Shown here one piece after another: positions 10,601 through 20,832 of a DNA stretch of 64,000 nt (within the stretch, counting starts at the first letter, position 1; each line of letters begins with the position of its first letter). Source of the stretch: Obrimoposthia wandeli. Its lineage: Eukaryota. Location of the stretch: NCBI GenBank assembly GCA_977020255.1, contig CDROCS010003321.1:62001-126000 (forward strand), given 5' to 3'. The position numbers were made by a program, and so were the translations under genes. The notes under the pieces were generated by a model. The model was not told where the DNA came from, did not search any database, and was given only the letters and a program-made list of their open reading frames with translations.

Positions 10601-10758
10601 ATAACACACACCTAATTAAATAGAATATTAAAATCAGCTCGCCACATTCACTAAAGGGCATTCTATCGCTCCATTTAGGCTACTTTTTATCGGTTAATCA
10701 ATCTATTAACAGTGCTGCTGATCACAAAAATAACATATGTCGCAATTTCTAAACAAAC

Positions 10759-10788
10759 CACAATACATATTATTTAATATGTATTGTG
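10759..10788. promoter_or_regulatory. Perfect 30-bp palindrome, putative protein-binding site
   Basis: CACAATACATATTA-TT-TAATATGTATTGTG, 14-bp perfect arms. Confidence 0.55.
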
Positions 10789-11039
10789 TATTTTAAATAT
10801 CAATTAAATACATTTTTTGTATGTTTATTGACCTTTTGTTTTTATCAGCTTACTTGCTTCTTATATAAAATATCGGAGACCATAACTAATAAATCCACAT
10901 TTATAAGGGACATCTTCTGTGTTCTGCACAATACAAAGCCAATCACTTTTTGAACGATCTCTTCCATCCAAACAACACAAGCGAGCTCTCTCATAACTTA
11001 TAGACGCTTTTAAGCAGAGATCGCAGTGATAATATTTTG

Positions 11040-11495
11040 ACCTACAGCACAACAAGCCTAACCACTGCACTCATTACAATATTTCTAGCACCAATTCTCA
11101 TGCCTACCCTTTATCTCCCAATATCACTTCTCTCTTTATTTAACCTCTCTCAACCCACCTTTATGCAGTGAATAAAATCAGCATATAGCGGATTTCATAA
11201 CACCACTTTTAACTTACCTATTATCCTCTTTTACCCCCTCTCTCTAATTCCTCCCTCTAAATCTCACTTAAAAAACATTCTCCCTCCTTGAAAACCCCGA
11301 CAGTAAAACCCAAAGCAATATATAAGCCTGTCAGACACCCACTAATCTATTGCGAAACCAGAATTTGTTTATATTCCCCGACCTATTGCTAACTAACCCG
11401 CAGATACACCGCTAAAGGCTGGAAATCAACCTCAAATCTTATTTCCCACTACAACCAACCAAGCCCTCCAGGCTCCTAGCCCCTCCCCTCTTTAA
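11040..11495. other. G-depleted, C/T-rich non-coding tract
   Basis: 11221-11280 has no G in 60 nt and 11101-11160 has one G; no credible ORF. Confidence 0.75.
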
Positions 11496-11709
11496 TTGAA
11501 CTAATTAATTAAATTATGTATTGGTATTTGCGATCTAAAAAGATCTTTGATTAAAAACTTACTAACTTTTGAGTTAATATATGTTTTTTTAAACGATAGC
11601 TGCCACCCAACGTTAAAAACTCATCAATAGCCGCTATTAATTAACCAGCTTATTTCCTTATAATGCTTTTACTTAAACCAACCACCTTACTTACGGTTAA
11701 CTAAATTTT

Positions 11710-12447
11710 ATGAACCAAACCATCAAGCTCCTAAAAGCGCATCGCTCTATAAGAAAATTTACTGAGCAAACAATCCCACAAGACACTATTAATGAGCTGA
11801 TGCAAGCAGGCCAAAGCGCTGCAACATCCAGCTTTATACAAACAACAACAGTTATTCAAATAAACAAACCAGAAAACAGAGAGAAATTGACGGCTTTTGC
11901 TGGTAACCAATCGTATGTCAGCACTGCCAGTACGTTTTTAGTGTTTTGTGCTGACATGCATCGCCATAAGCTAGCCTGCGACATGAATAACCAAAACATG
12001 CAATCAGGCTTTACAGAGCAGTTTTTAACCGCGTCTTTAGACTGTGCTTTATTTGCACAAAACCTAGTTATTGCTGCTGAATCTTTAGATTTAGGGGTTG
12101 TATATATAGGCGGCATCCGCAACAAGATAAAAGAAGTTAGCCAGTTATTAGAGCTACCTCACTTGGTTTATCCTGTATTTGGCTTATGCCTTGGTCACCC
12201 AGCTCAAAACCCCGAGGTAAAACCACGTCTGCCTTTAAATACCGTCCTTAAACAAGACAGCTATAGCGATAAAGATGACAGACAATCGATTGCAGAATAT
12301 GATTTACAAATCAAAGAGTACTATGCCAATCGCAGTAGTAACATTAAACAACAAGGGTGGAGCGAGCAGATATCTAGCATGTTAAATAAAGAAGCTCGAC
12401 CACACATGCTGAGCTTTTTAAATGAAAAAGGCTTTATTGAAAAATGA
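11710..12447 (+). CDS. nfsA: Oxygen-insensitive NADPH nitroreductase / flavin reductase
   Basis: HRSIRKF, AATSSFIQ, VYIGGIRN, KPRLP motifs. Confidence 0.9.
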   Translation: MNQTIKLLKAHRSIRKFTEQTIPQDTINELMQAGQSAATSSFIQTTTVIQINKPENREKLTAFAGNQSYVSTASTFLVFCADMHRHKLACDMNNQNMQSGFTEQFLTASLDCALFAQNLVIAAESLDLGVVYIGGIRNKIKEVSQLLELPHLVYPVFGLCLGHPAQNPEVKPRLPLNTVLKQDSYSDKDDRQSIAEYDLQIKEYYANRSSNIKQQGWSEQISSMLNKEARPHMLSFLNEKGFIEK

Positions 12448-12489
12448 TTTTTAACAACAACTTACATTGATATTTAAAAGGATTTTACA

Positions 12490-13548
12490 GTGTATAATAA
12501 TCGTGAAAAATTACTCGACTGGCTACAAGCCGATGTAGTAAAAAACGACAATTTAGCGCATCTCATTGATATTGCTAACGCAAAACCTAGTACCGAACAA
12601 TGGTTAGTATTTACCAAACAGGCTTTACTTTGGTTAGCTGTTATTTGCTCAAGTGTTGGGGTCATATTTTTCTTCGCTTACAATTGGCAAGAACTCACCA
12701 GGGTTCACCGCTTCGCGCTTGTAGAAACAGCAATGCTGGCGGCTAGTTTTACTTACTTGCGTATCTCGGCCAACTTGCAACTAAGCAAAGGCTTGTTGAT
12801 GGGCATGGTACTACTGACAGGCTCGCTGCTCGCACTGGTAGGGCAAACTTACCAAACAGGCGCAGATCCTTGGCAATTGTTTGCTGTATGGGCCGCTTTT
12901 ATTACTCCCTGGGCATTAAGTGTTAATTCCAGTGTCATTTGGATTTTTTGGGCAGGCCTAATCAATCTATCTTTTAGTTTATATATTGATATTTCAAATA
13001 ACTTTTTCTGGTTTCACGCTAGTAACCGCTCATTTATATTGATTTTATGCACCATTAACTGCTTGTTTTTAATCGCGTTTGAGCTGCATAAACATTACTT
13101 TCAAGCGTGCAAGAGCCACAATAGATATACCCAGCAAGTATTAGCTAGCGCCGCAGGTTGTTGTATCAGTTTTTGGGCGATAAGTAATATTTTTGAAGAA
13201 CATATAAGCACTGCGCTAAACGTTAGTACGTACCTAAGCTGGATTATCATTACCTCTGCTATTTATAGATTTTTATTAAAAGATTTGTTTATCATCGCTA
13301 TTTGCAGTTTGAGTTTTTTAGCGGTATCTACATTTTATCTTATAGAGTTTTTAGACAGCTCAAACTTGGAAGCTTTACTTTTATTATCTGCTATTTATAT
13401 TTTAGGCGTATCCACTGCGATTGGTTATTACTTAAAAAGAGTAGCTAAATTGTTTGATGATCAAACAAATGCTCGCTCTCTACATAGCTCTCATAGCCCA
13501 CTGACTCCAGATCAATCCATCGAGAATCAGGAGCAACGCAATGGATAA
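12490..13548 (+). CDS. DUF2157 domain membrane protein
   Basis: FFAYNWQEL and LALVGQTYQTGADPWQLFAVWA signature; many TM helices. Confidence 0.85.
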   Translation: MYNNREKLLDWLQADVVKNDNLAHLIDIANAKPSTEQWLVFTKQALLWLAVICSSVGVIFFFAYNWQELTRVHRFALVETAMLAASFTYLRISANLQLSKGLLMGMVLLTGSLLALVGQTYQTGADPWQLFAVWAAFITPWALSVNSSVIWIFWAGLINLSFSLYIDISNNFFWFHASNRSFILILCTINCLFLIAFELHKHYFQACKSHNRYTQQVLASAAGCCISFWAISNIFEEHISTALNVSTYLSWIIITSAIYRFLLKDLFIIAICSLSFLAVSTFYLIEFLDSSNLEALLLLSAIYILGVSTAIGYYLKRVAKLFDDQTNARSLHSSHSPLTPDQSIENQEQRNG

Positions 13549-15229
13549 GCTAGATATATCCTCTTCTGAAAACAACTCTCAAGCAACAGTTAACGGATCA
13601 GGTTTGGATCAGAACTTATGGAATAAGTTAAAAGCCAAAAAACTAGTAGCGCAAGATAACCCACCTCCCCTCTCTGAGCATTCGACTTGGTATATACGTG
13701 TACTACTTGGGTTTTCTGGTTGGATTAGCGCGTGTTTTTTGTTCGGCTTTATAGGCATACTCTTATTTGATGTAATATTTGATGACGGTAATGGCATTGC
13801 TATATTGATAGGCACTGGTTGTTGTATTTTTGCTTATGTGAACTTTCGCACCAAAAGCATTAAAGACTTTACTGCACAACTCGCTTTAGCCTTTAACTTG
13901 TGTGGCCAAATTTTGATTAGTGTAGGGATTTGGAATGTATTTGATTTTGAATACTCAAACCCTAAACATTTTTTTTATCTAGTCCTTTTTGTCATGCAAT
14001 TATTGCTAGTTTTCATTATACCTAGCTTCACTAGCCGAGTGCTATCCACTGTATTTTCATTAGCCGCCTTGTTCTTTTGCTTACAAGAACTAGGAGTGGC
14101 TAGTGTATTTGAATCACTGATATTCTTTATATTTATCCTTGTATGGTCTAAAGATTTAGCTTGGAAAAATAAAAAACACCTTTGGGAGCCAATTGGTTAT
14201 GGCCTTGCTTTAACTCTGCTGTCTTTTAGTGGTGAATCAATTTACAGCTTCTTATTTGGATTTATCTCGCGCGGGCAAACAGACTCAGCATTTTTAACGA
14301 CCTACTTACCATTATTTAGCACTTTCTTTATTAGCTTAGGTTTTGTTTATTTATTGAACGCCATACGAAAGGATTATCAAGTAGCGCTATATAGCACCCA
14401 GACCTTAAAGTTACTTATTGTTGCCGTTTTTCTTGCGGCTATTAGCTACTTAATACAAGGAGCCAGCGCAGGCTTTGCGCTATTAATCATTGGTTTTCTA
14501 AAGCAGAGGCGATTACTTGCTATAACCGGCATACTCAGCTTATTAAGTTATATTTCTTGGTATTACTATTCACTTGATTGGACACTATTATATAAATCAA
14601 TCGTTTTAATAGGCTTAGGTGCGCTCTTCGCTATTACGCTAGCTTGTATGCATTTTGCTACTCGCCTAAATGAAATAAACATACAAGCAATGACTCAGCG
14701 TTACCGTTTTACTAAAACAAATATAACTATACTTTCGTTTATGGTGCTTATACTCACGCTAGTTAACGCGAATATCTATCAAAAAGAAGCGATTTTAAAC
14801 GATGGGAAAATTGTTTTATTGCAGCTCGCACCTGTTGATCCACGCTCTTTAATGCAAGGTGATTATATGCGTTTGAGATTTAAAATAGAATCAATGCTAG
14901 TAGCTAAATCTGAAAGCAAAAAAGATGCGAGCCTACCAGTTACCCAAGGGCTTTTCGTGGTTGATTTAGATGACAACTTCGTCGGTACTTTTAACACAAT
15001 TTATAGCCAGCAAGCGCTAACCAGTAAGCAGATTAAAATGCAATTTAGAGTACGAAAAAACCGTATTCAATTGGCCACCCATGCATTTTTCTTTGAAGAG
15101 GGTACGGCATCTCTTTATGAAGCCGCTCAATATGGTGAGTTTCGGGTCGCTGCAAATGGAGAGCTATTGCTTAATAACTTAAGAGATAAGGATTATAAAG
15201 TCATTGGTTATAACCGACCTAACAACTAG
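13541..15229 (+). CDS. DUF4401 membrane domain fused to GDYXXLXY domain
   Basis: Multi-TM N-terminus (PWY-like, SWYYYSLDWTLLYKS) plus C-terminal LAPVDPRSLMQGDYMRL and FFFEEG; overlaps the upstream stop by 8 nt. Confidence 0.8.
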   Translation: MDKLDISSSENNSQATVNGSGLDQNLWNKLKAKKLVAQDNPPPLSEHSTWYIRVLLGFSGWISACFLFGFIGILLFDVIFDDGNGIAILIGTGCCIFAYVNFRTKSIKDFTAQLALAFNLCGQILISVGIWNVFDFEYSNPKHFFYLVLFVMQLLLVFIIPSFTSRVLSTVFSLAALFFCLQELGVASVFESLIFFIFILVWSKDLAWKNKKHLWEPIGYGLALTLLSFSGESIYSFLFGFISRGQTDSAFLTTYLPLFSTFFISLGFVYLLNAIRKDYQVALYSTQTLKLLIVAVFLAAISYLIQGASAGFALLIIGFLKQRRLLAITGILSLLSYISWYYYSLDWTLLYKSIVLIGLGALFAITLACMHFATRLNEINIQAMTQRYRFTKTNITILSFMVLILTLVNANIYQKEAILNDGKIVLLQLAPVDPRSLMQGDYMRLRFKIESMLVAKSESKKDASLPVTQGLFVVDLDDNFVGTFNTIYSQQALTSKQIKMQFRVRKNRIQLATHAFFFEEGTASLYEAAQYGEFRVAANGELLLNNLRDKDYKVIGYNRPNN

Positions 15230-15335
15230 TTAAGGCAAACTTCTTAAATGAGCAGTTATTCTTTAAGTCTTTGCAATAACAGGGATTTATTCTCGATAAA
15301 GAAAAATAACTATCGTGTAAAACCTTACTTAAAAC

Positions 15336-15378
15336 AAAAAAACCTTGTTGGCATAAGCTATGCCTAACAAGGTTTTTT
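15336..15378. terminator. Bidirectional rho-independent terminator
   Basis: A-tract-CCTTGTTGGCATA-agc-TATGCCTAACAAGG-T-tract between convergent genes. Confidence 0.75.
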
Positions 15379-15451
15379 GACTTATATACTTAAATAAAGC
15401 TCAGTAACTAGTTATTTATAAATGATTAATATTTTTCTAGTTACGCTTCGG

Positions 15452-15766
15452 TTAACTTCTAGATGGAAATATCCCGCTCAATCGAATAATGTATTTTGGT
15501 CCATTGAGTACTTTTTCAGCTTCTTTCAAATTAGGCAAAGCAAAAGTAGTTCTGCCATCTCCGCCATACATAGTACCAAGAATTGAAAATAACGCAGTGT
15601 TTGAGGATATGGGTAACAGTTGGCCTTCGCAAAAAGCATGTTCTCTTGGTGCAAAGTTTCCTGCAAAAATAGAAACCTCCCCAATGTAGCCACCTTCGCC
15701 TGCTGTAGCGGTTGAAGACAAAAATAGCATAGTCGCTGCTAAAAGCATCACTTTAATAAATTTCAT
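15452..15766 (-). CDS. Short secreted phage tail-collar domain protein
   Basis: IGEVSIFAGNFAP...CEGQLLPISSNTALFSILGTMYGGDGRTTFALPNL motif; true start probably MKFIKV at 15766 with signal peptide and AAAGG RBS. Confidence 0.8.
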   Translation of the reverse strand: MKFIKVMLLAATMLFLSSTATAGEGGYIGEVSIFAGNFAPREHAFCEGQLLPISSNTALFSILGTMYGGDGRTTFALPNLKEAEKVLNGPKYIIRLSGIFPSRS

Positions 15767-16017
15767 AAAAACACCTTTTATTATGATTGTAGAATTATGT
15801 TGTATTACTAGTATAGGACAAGCATTGTGAAATTCATTACAGGCTTTTAAATAAGCAATTTGTAATGACCAACTGCAGAGATAAATTTTGCGACAGAACG
15901 AGAAGAGCACTACAGATGAGCTAAATCCAAAAACTGATCGCACTGTAGGTTTTTTAATGCAACAGGCCTTTAAGATGAGCAAATACTGGATAGTATTTTC
16001 ACTTACCCTGACTCATC

Positions 16018-16539
16018 TTAAACAAGCTTACCCTCAGCACGCTTAATAGAGGATGGGACTATTAACTGGTGCATTGGCTGCACAAAAAACATGTAAAACT
16101 TACCCAAAAAATTATGAACATGTACTACGCTAGAAATTGAAATCAAACCGCTTTGTACATCTTGCAGGTATATCGAAATTTTTACATCCAAATGCTTATC
16201 CGAATCAACCAAAATTACTTCGTTATCGCTTAAATAGAGTAAAGTAAATATCCCTACTCTATCACCTACTTGATAATCACTGGTTAACTTATTAGGCTCA
16301 AAATCGCTTAAATGACCAATGTTTTTTAGCCCAACGAGTGACACTAATTTATTGCGGGCAGCCATCAAAAAATTGACCCAAGCTGGCGTCTGGGACGCCT
16401 GATCTAGCCATACTTTCAGCGCAACTCTATTGCTTTGTTTTGAGCTAAAGGCATAGCAATCACTATAATAAGCGTTGTCCAGCGCGCTAAAAATTTCACT
16501 TTGAGCTGGAATAGCGATTTTATCTACTATTACGGTCAT
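16018..16539 (-). CDS. DUF2867-like protein
   Basis: YYSDCY, PAWVNFLMAARN, DKHLD, HNFLGKFYMFFVQPMH. Confidence 0.75.
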   Translation of the reverse strand: MTVIVDKIAIPAQSEIFSALDNAYYSDCYAFSSKQSNRVALKVWLDQASQTPAWVNFLMAARNKLVSLVGLKNIGHLSDFEPNKLTSDYQVGDRVGIFTLLYLSDNEVILVDSDKHLDVKISIYLQDVQSGLISISSVVHVHNFLGKFYMFFVQPMHQLIVPSSIKRAEGKLV

Positions 16540-16694
16540 ACATAAATTTCCTTTTTATACGCAACTCTCATATGAAAAATAGAATCACCTACCGAAGTAC
16601 AAGTAGCTCACTCAACCCAAAAATGCAGAATTCTATTAAATCCCCGCATCTCGAAGTGAAGTCAAGCGTAGCAAAAGAACTTGCCTTGGGGCCT

Positions 16695-17564
16695 TTAATC
16701 CTGGAGTGCGATTGATGCCATTTTCAAAGCACTATCAAATGTCTCTGTACCGGCTATAAATAAACCATTATGGCAAAACATCGCGTCTTCAATGCCTGTT
16801 ACTTCTATTAGTTGAGCGCCTGATAATCCAGCCCAAGCTTTAGGTAATGATTTTCTGTCCTCAAATGAGCCAAGCTCAACTGGTACCGTTTGGATTCTCC
16901 ACTGCCCAGAGTCCGACGGATAAATCATGAACAATGCATCTTTAGATAATTTATGAACAGTGGTTTTCCATGGTGTATATTTTTCTAATACGATAACCCG
17001 TGGGTCAGCTGCATTCTCAATTGCTTTAGCAACGATTACTTTTGCGCTAATACCGCCCTTAGAGGATGCAATAAAGCGCGCTAACACCCGTGATGCAAAA
17101 TTAACGGCCTCATCAAAGCATTCATCAAAACTCGCATCTTCTTGCCATGTTGGGTTAAACATTGAAATCGTTTGGCTCAAACTAACCCCTTTAGAAACCC
17201 CCCCCACATGACCACAGTCAATCGCATCAATCGTTGAAACTAAACCTGCATCAACTGAATTGGCAACATCTTGGTTGCCCTCACATATATCTAATCCGTA
17301 TTTTTTCCAAATCAAACCGAATGAAGAATAAGGAATACCATTTTCACGCTCCCCGGCTCCACCGCGCTGGTGGTGATCAAAGCGCCCTGTATCAGGATCG
17401 TATTCACCGCCTACATCAATCACAATATCAGCTTTACTGATACGCTCTAAATCGCGGGTACGCACTAACTTAAAAACAGGAAATATTACCTTAAGCGCAG
17501 CGATACTAAAGACATCATCTGCATGAAAATTACCATTGTGAGTTGCTATCGTTTTATCATTCAT
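16695..17564 (-). CDS. MYG1 family protein (DHH-fold exonuclease)
   Basis: THNGNFHADD, DVGGEYD, FDHHQ, FCHNGLF. Confidence 0.92.
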   Translation of the reverse strand: MNDKTIATHNGNFHADDVFSIAALKVIFPVFKLVRTRDLERISKADIVIDVGGEYDPDTGRFDHHQRGGAGERENGIPYSSFGLIWKKYGLDICEGNQDVANSVDAGLVSTIDAIDCGHVGGVSKGVSLSQTISMFNPTWQEDASFDECFDEAVNFASRVLARFIASSKGGISAKVIVAKAIENAADPRVIVLEKYTPWKTTVHKLSKDALFMIYPSDSGQWRIQTVPVELGSFEDRKSLPKAWAGLSGAQLIEVTGIEDAMFCHNGLFIAGTETFDSALKMASIALQD

Positions 17565-17979
17565 TGGTTTTATATTGTTTCTTATTAAGAAGGTTCTTGT
17601 TAAAGATTATTACTAAAAAGGCTTCTTGTTAAAAGGCTTTAAGCTGAAAAGAATAAGAGGTTTTAGGCGTGACTATGTACTTAAAAAATCCCAAGGAGGA
17701 TTCTATACGAAGACAGCAAACAAAAATAGCTGATTTATTCGAGATAAATTGCACTAAAGCGGATTATCAGAGTCTCAACCTCAGATTAAAAACTTAAACG
17801 CACCAATACCTCGCATAATGAAGTGAAGTATCATTACACAAGAAGGTTAGAACCTAGAACCTTTATTTACATATGATCATTATCTAAATGCCTAATAGCG
17901 TATAGTTAGCCATATCAATGTTGATGCTTTTAAAACTGTATATACAAGCCTCATTATTTAGCGAGTTAAACCGTATTTT

Positions 17980-19176
17980 ATGTATAAAATATTAGTTGTC
18001 TGCCTTTGCTCATCGCTCATTGCTTGCTCTTACGCATCTTCGCACTCTTTAGCAAATAAACAAAATGTAGCGAGCACTGTATCTTTCCCAATAATGGGTA
18101 ATAGTTTTAATCTCTACCAATCAGCTGTAGAGCGCTACTTAAAAGGGCAAAGCTTAGCAAATAGAGATACCGCTGACATTGAACTCAACCAGCCTTTTAA
18201 CTTAACTGCTAATAAAAAGGTGGCTTACCAGGGCAGTTTTTTGTTGTTCCATGGGCTAAATGATTCACCCTATGTATGGCGAGATTTTGCTAAAGAAATG
18301 ACAAATAAAGGTTTTGATGTACGGGCAATATTACTGGAAGGACACGGCTCTCATCCACGCAATATGCTAAAGGTAAACGCAACTAAGTGGATAACATCTG
18401 CTAAAGCTCACTATCAGTCATGGGCTAAAGAGAACACAGGGCCGCTCTATTTAGGAGGCTTTTCAATGGGTGCAGTTTTAGCCACGAGCATAGCCATAGA
18501 AGAGCCAGCGGTAAAAGGGCTTTTTTTAGTGTCACCGGCCTTTCATAGCCAACTAGATGACATGTTAAAATTTTCCTGGATGTACAGTAAGTTTAAAACA
18601 TGGCTATTTGGCCAAATGCTAACGGAAGATAACCCAACCAAGTACAACTCAATAGCAATTAATTCTGCTAGCGCCTACTATGATGTTACTCAATATCTTA
18701 AAACAAAATGGTTAGCTCGCACCCTCGATATACCCGTATTAATGGTGCATAGCCTCAATGATTCTGTTGTGGATGTGCAATACTCCAGAGACCTTTTTAA
18801 TAAAAAGTTTATCAATAATAACAACAAACTATTACTTTATACTGCAAATGGTAATGATCAAAAAACTAACGACAATGAAGAGTTAAGAAACAGCTATTAC
18901 CCTACATTAAGAATATTAAACCAATCTCATTTAAGCCTTATTAATCACTCAAACAATCCGTTACTAGGCCAGTCTAAAAAGCAATTGATCTGCAACGGCA
19001 ATGAATACCCGATTTTTTTAGCCTGTATGAAATCAAAGAATCATTGGTATGGTGCGCAGCATACGCAATCACCTGATAATGTAAGCGTTGCAAGATCTAC
19101 TTATAATCCTGATTTTGATACGATAGTTAAGCGCTTCGAAGCGATTTTTATTAGCAATATAATGAGTACTGAGTAA
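17980..19176 (+). CDS. Alpha/beta hydrolase lipoprotein (esterase-like)
   Basis: Lipobox-like LIAC, FHGLNDS, GFSMG nucleophile motif. Confidence 0.8.
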   Translation: MYKILVVCLCSSLIACSYASSHSLANKQNVASTVSFPIMGNSFNLYQSAVERYLKGQSLANRDTADIELNQPFNLTANKKVAYQGSFLLFHGLNDSPYVWRDFAKEMTNKGFDVRAILLEGHGSHPRNMLKVNATKWITSAKAHYQSWAKENTGPLYLGGFSMGAVLATSIAIEEPAVKGLFLVSPAFHSQLDDMLKFSWMYSKFKTWLFGQMLTEDNPTKYNSIAINSASAYYDVTQYLKTKWLARTLDIPVLMVHSLNDSVVDVQYSRDLFNKKFINNNNKLLLYTANGNDQKTNDNEELRNSYYPTLRILNQSHLSLINHSNNPLLGQSKKQLICNGNEYPIFLACMKSKNHWYGAQHTQSPDNVSVARSTYNPDFDTIVKRFEAIFISNIMSTE

Positions 19177-19271
19177 AAATCAAAACCCCGGGGCAGATCT
19201 TTGGCGTATAGAGGTTTATCGTCATAAAACAACCGCATTTACCCTTGATAATTTAGGTTACGGCTAAGTTA

Positions 19272-20135
19272 TTACTCAATATAAACCATTACTGTATCGA
19301 TAATACGCGTAAAACCACCCACCTTTACATCACTAATAGCTGAGCCATTTGATGTTATAGATGCCTCAATAATTGATGCACAGCCCATAGCCCTGCCTTG
19401 CTCAAACACATATTCACTGCCAAGAGATAAATGTTCGCTAAGATAACATGCTAATGCGCCATTAGAGCTACCTGTCGCTGACTCTTCAGTAATACCAAAT
19501 AACGGTGCGAAATTACGACAACTTGCCGTTAATGTGCTTTCTTGATTACATAATTCAAACACATGAAAACCAACAATTTTATTTTTTTTACAGAATTCAG
19601 AAATAGCTTTATCTGCTGGCTGTATTGAATCGAGACAACCGTGAGGCACAGCAATAATGGCATCCGCTAATCCTGTTGAAATAACTTGGATAGGCAATGT
19701 GGTGCTTGCTAATACATCACATTCAATACCGATAAGCTGAGCAATTTCTTGGTAAGAAAAGCTAGCTAATTTTTGCGGTAATTTTTGCTCCATAATAACC
19801 TTACCACTCGCTTTGACATCGACTACTAACGTTCCAGCTTTAGTGCGTTGCAAATAAGCGCCTGCAGTTAGCATACCCTTTTCATACATTGTAGAAAAAG
19901 CTGCCAGTGTTGCATGCCCACAAAAATCAACTTCGTCAGTTATCGTAAAAAAGGAGACTTCATAGTCAGCGGCATCGTCACAGGAGACAAAAGCGGTTTC
20001 TGAAAACCCAACCGCTTGTGCAATCTTTAATTTTTGATCATTAGATAAGTGATCCGCATTAAGTACTACTCCGGCCGGATTACCACCCGCTCCATTTTTA
20101 GTAAACGAGTTGACCAATGTTACCTCAATATCCAT
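19272..20135 (-). CDS. PhzF family isomerase/epimerase
   Basis: GGNPAG, SETAF, EVDFCGHATLA, EESATGSSNG, EQG. Confidence 0.92.
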   Translation of the reverse strand: MDIEVTLVNSFTKNGAGGNPAGVVLNADHLSNDQKLKIAQAVGFSETAFVSCDDAADYEVSFFTITDEVDFCGHATLAAFSTMYEKGMLTAGAYLQRTKAGTLVVDVKASGKVIMEQKLPQKLASFSYQEIAQLIGIECDVLASTTLPIQVISTGLADAIIAVPHGCLDSIQPADKAISEFCKKNKIVGFHVFELCNQESTLTASCRNFAPLFGITEESATGSSNGALACYLSEHLSLGSEYVFEQGRAMGCASIIEASITSNGSAISDVKVGGFTRIIDTVMVYIE

Positions 20136-20181
20136 CTACGCCCACCCCTTGTGGTTTTTCTCGATTGTTGTTTTGTTATAT
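20136..20181 (-). repeat. Collapsed attC-like junction
   Basis: Minus strand ATATAAC...GGGCGTAG directly followed by the PhzF ATG; inner arms absent. Confidence 0.3.
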
Positions 20182-20341
20182 TTACAGGTCTTTTAGAGAC
20201 GACTAATTTACACATTTAGATGAGCTCCATTTAACTATAATCTGTGATCAATGCTGTACGGACAAGTGAGACAGCATGTACTTGTTAACCGGGCAGTAAC
20301 AATCTGTGGTTCAAAGATTTTTACGACTAGGGTTTAGAAAA

Positions 20342-20716
20342 CTAAGACTCTAAAAAATAAGACTCATAAACAAGCGTCAAGCCAATCACTAGAAATACCG
20401 GCCATGAAAAGTGTTTACCTTTAGAGCCAACAAGAGCAATTATTGCATGCGCTATAAAGGTAATAGCAATAATCTTAGTCACTACTCTTATATCAACATC
20501 ACCATTCGCTAAATGTAATAATAAGGCCGCAAAGCCAAACCAGGCAGCGGTTGTTAAATGCCAAGCAAAACGTAAAGTGTTCTTGGTAAACTCTGTACTG
20601 GCAAACAATTTCGGCAAGTTAGCTCTGTTAAAAAGTCGTATCAGAATATATCTCTCACCTAAATAAGAATGTAATATACCAATAATTATTAATAAACTAG
20701 CGCCTAAATAAAACAA
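20342..20716 (-). CDS. Small integral membrane protein of unknown function
   Basis: Four hydrophobic segments; HSYLGE, AWH and H..W motifs. Confidence 0.7.
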   Translation of the reverse strand: MFYLGASLLIIIGILHSYLGERYILIRLFNRANLPKLFASTEFTKNTLRFAWHLTTAAWFGFAALLLHLANGDVDIRVVTKIIAITFIAHAIIALVGSKGKHFSWPVFLVIGLTLVYESYFLES

Positions 20717-20832
20717 TTAAAGCCCCTTTGCAGATATGTTGGTTATTGTTTTTAAGGCTGAGTAACTAAGTAAAAATGTAACGCTCGTTAGTTCACCAAA
20801 ACCTTTTAAGCTGAAGAGTGTAAGTATTTGGA

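Noticed and set aside
10861-11070. 69-aa ORF in the gene-poor region
   Set aside because: No recognisable motif or RBS; atypical Cys-rich composition
11040-11495. Diversity-generating retroelement variable/template repeat
   Set aside because: No second similar copy seen in the window, and the only RT is a group II intron type
15767-15982. 72-aa N-terminal extension of the tail-collar ORF
   Set aside because: Better start with RBS and signal peptide at 15766
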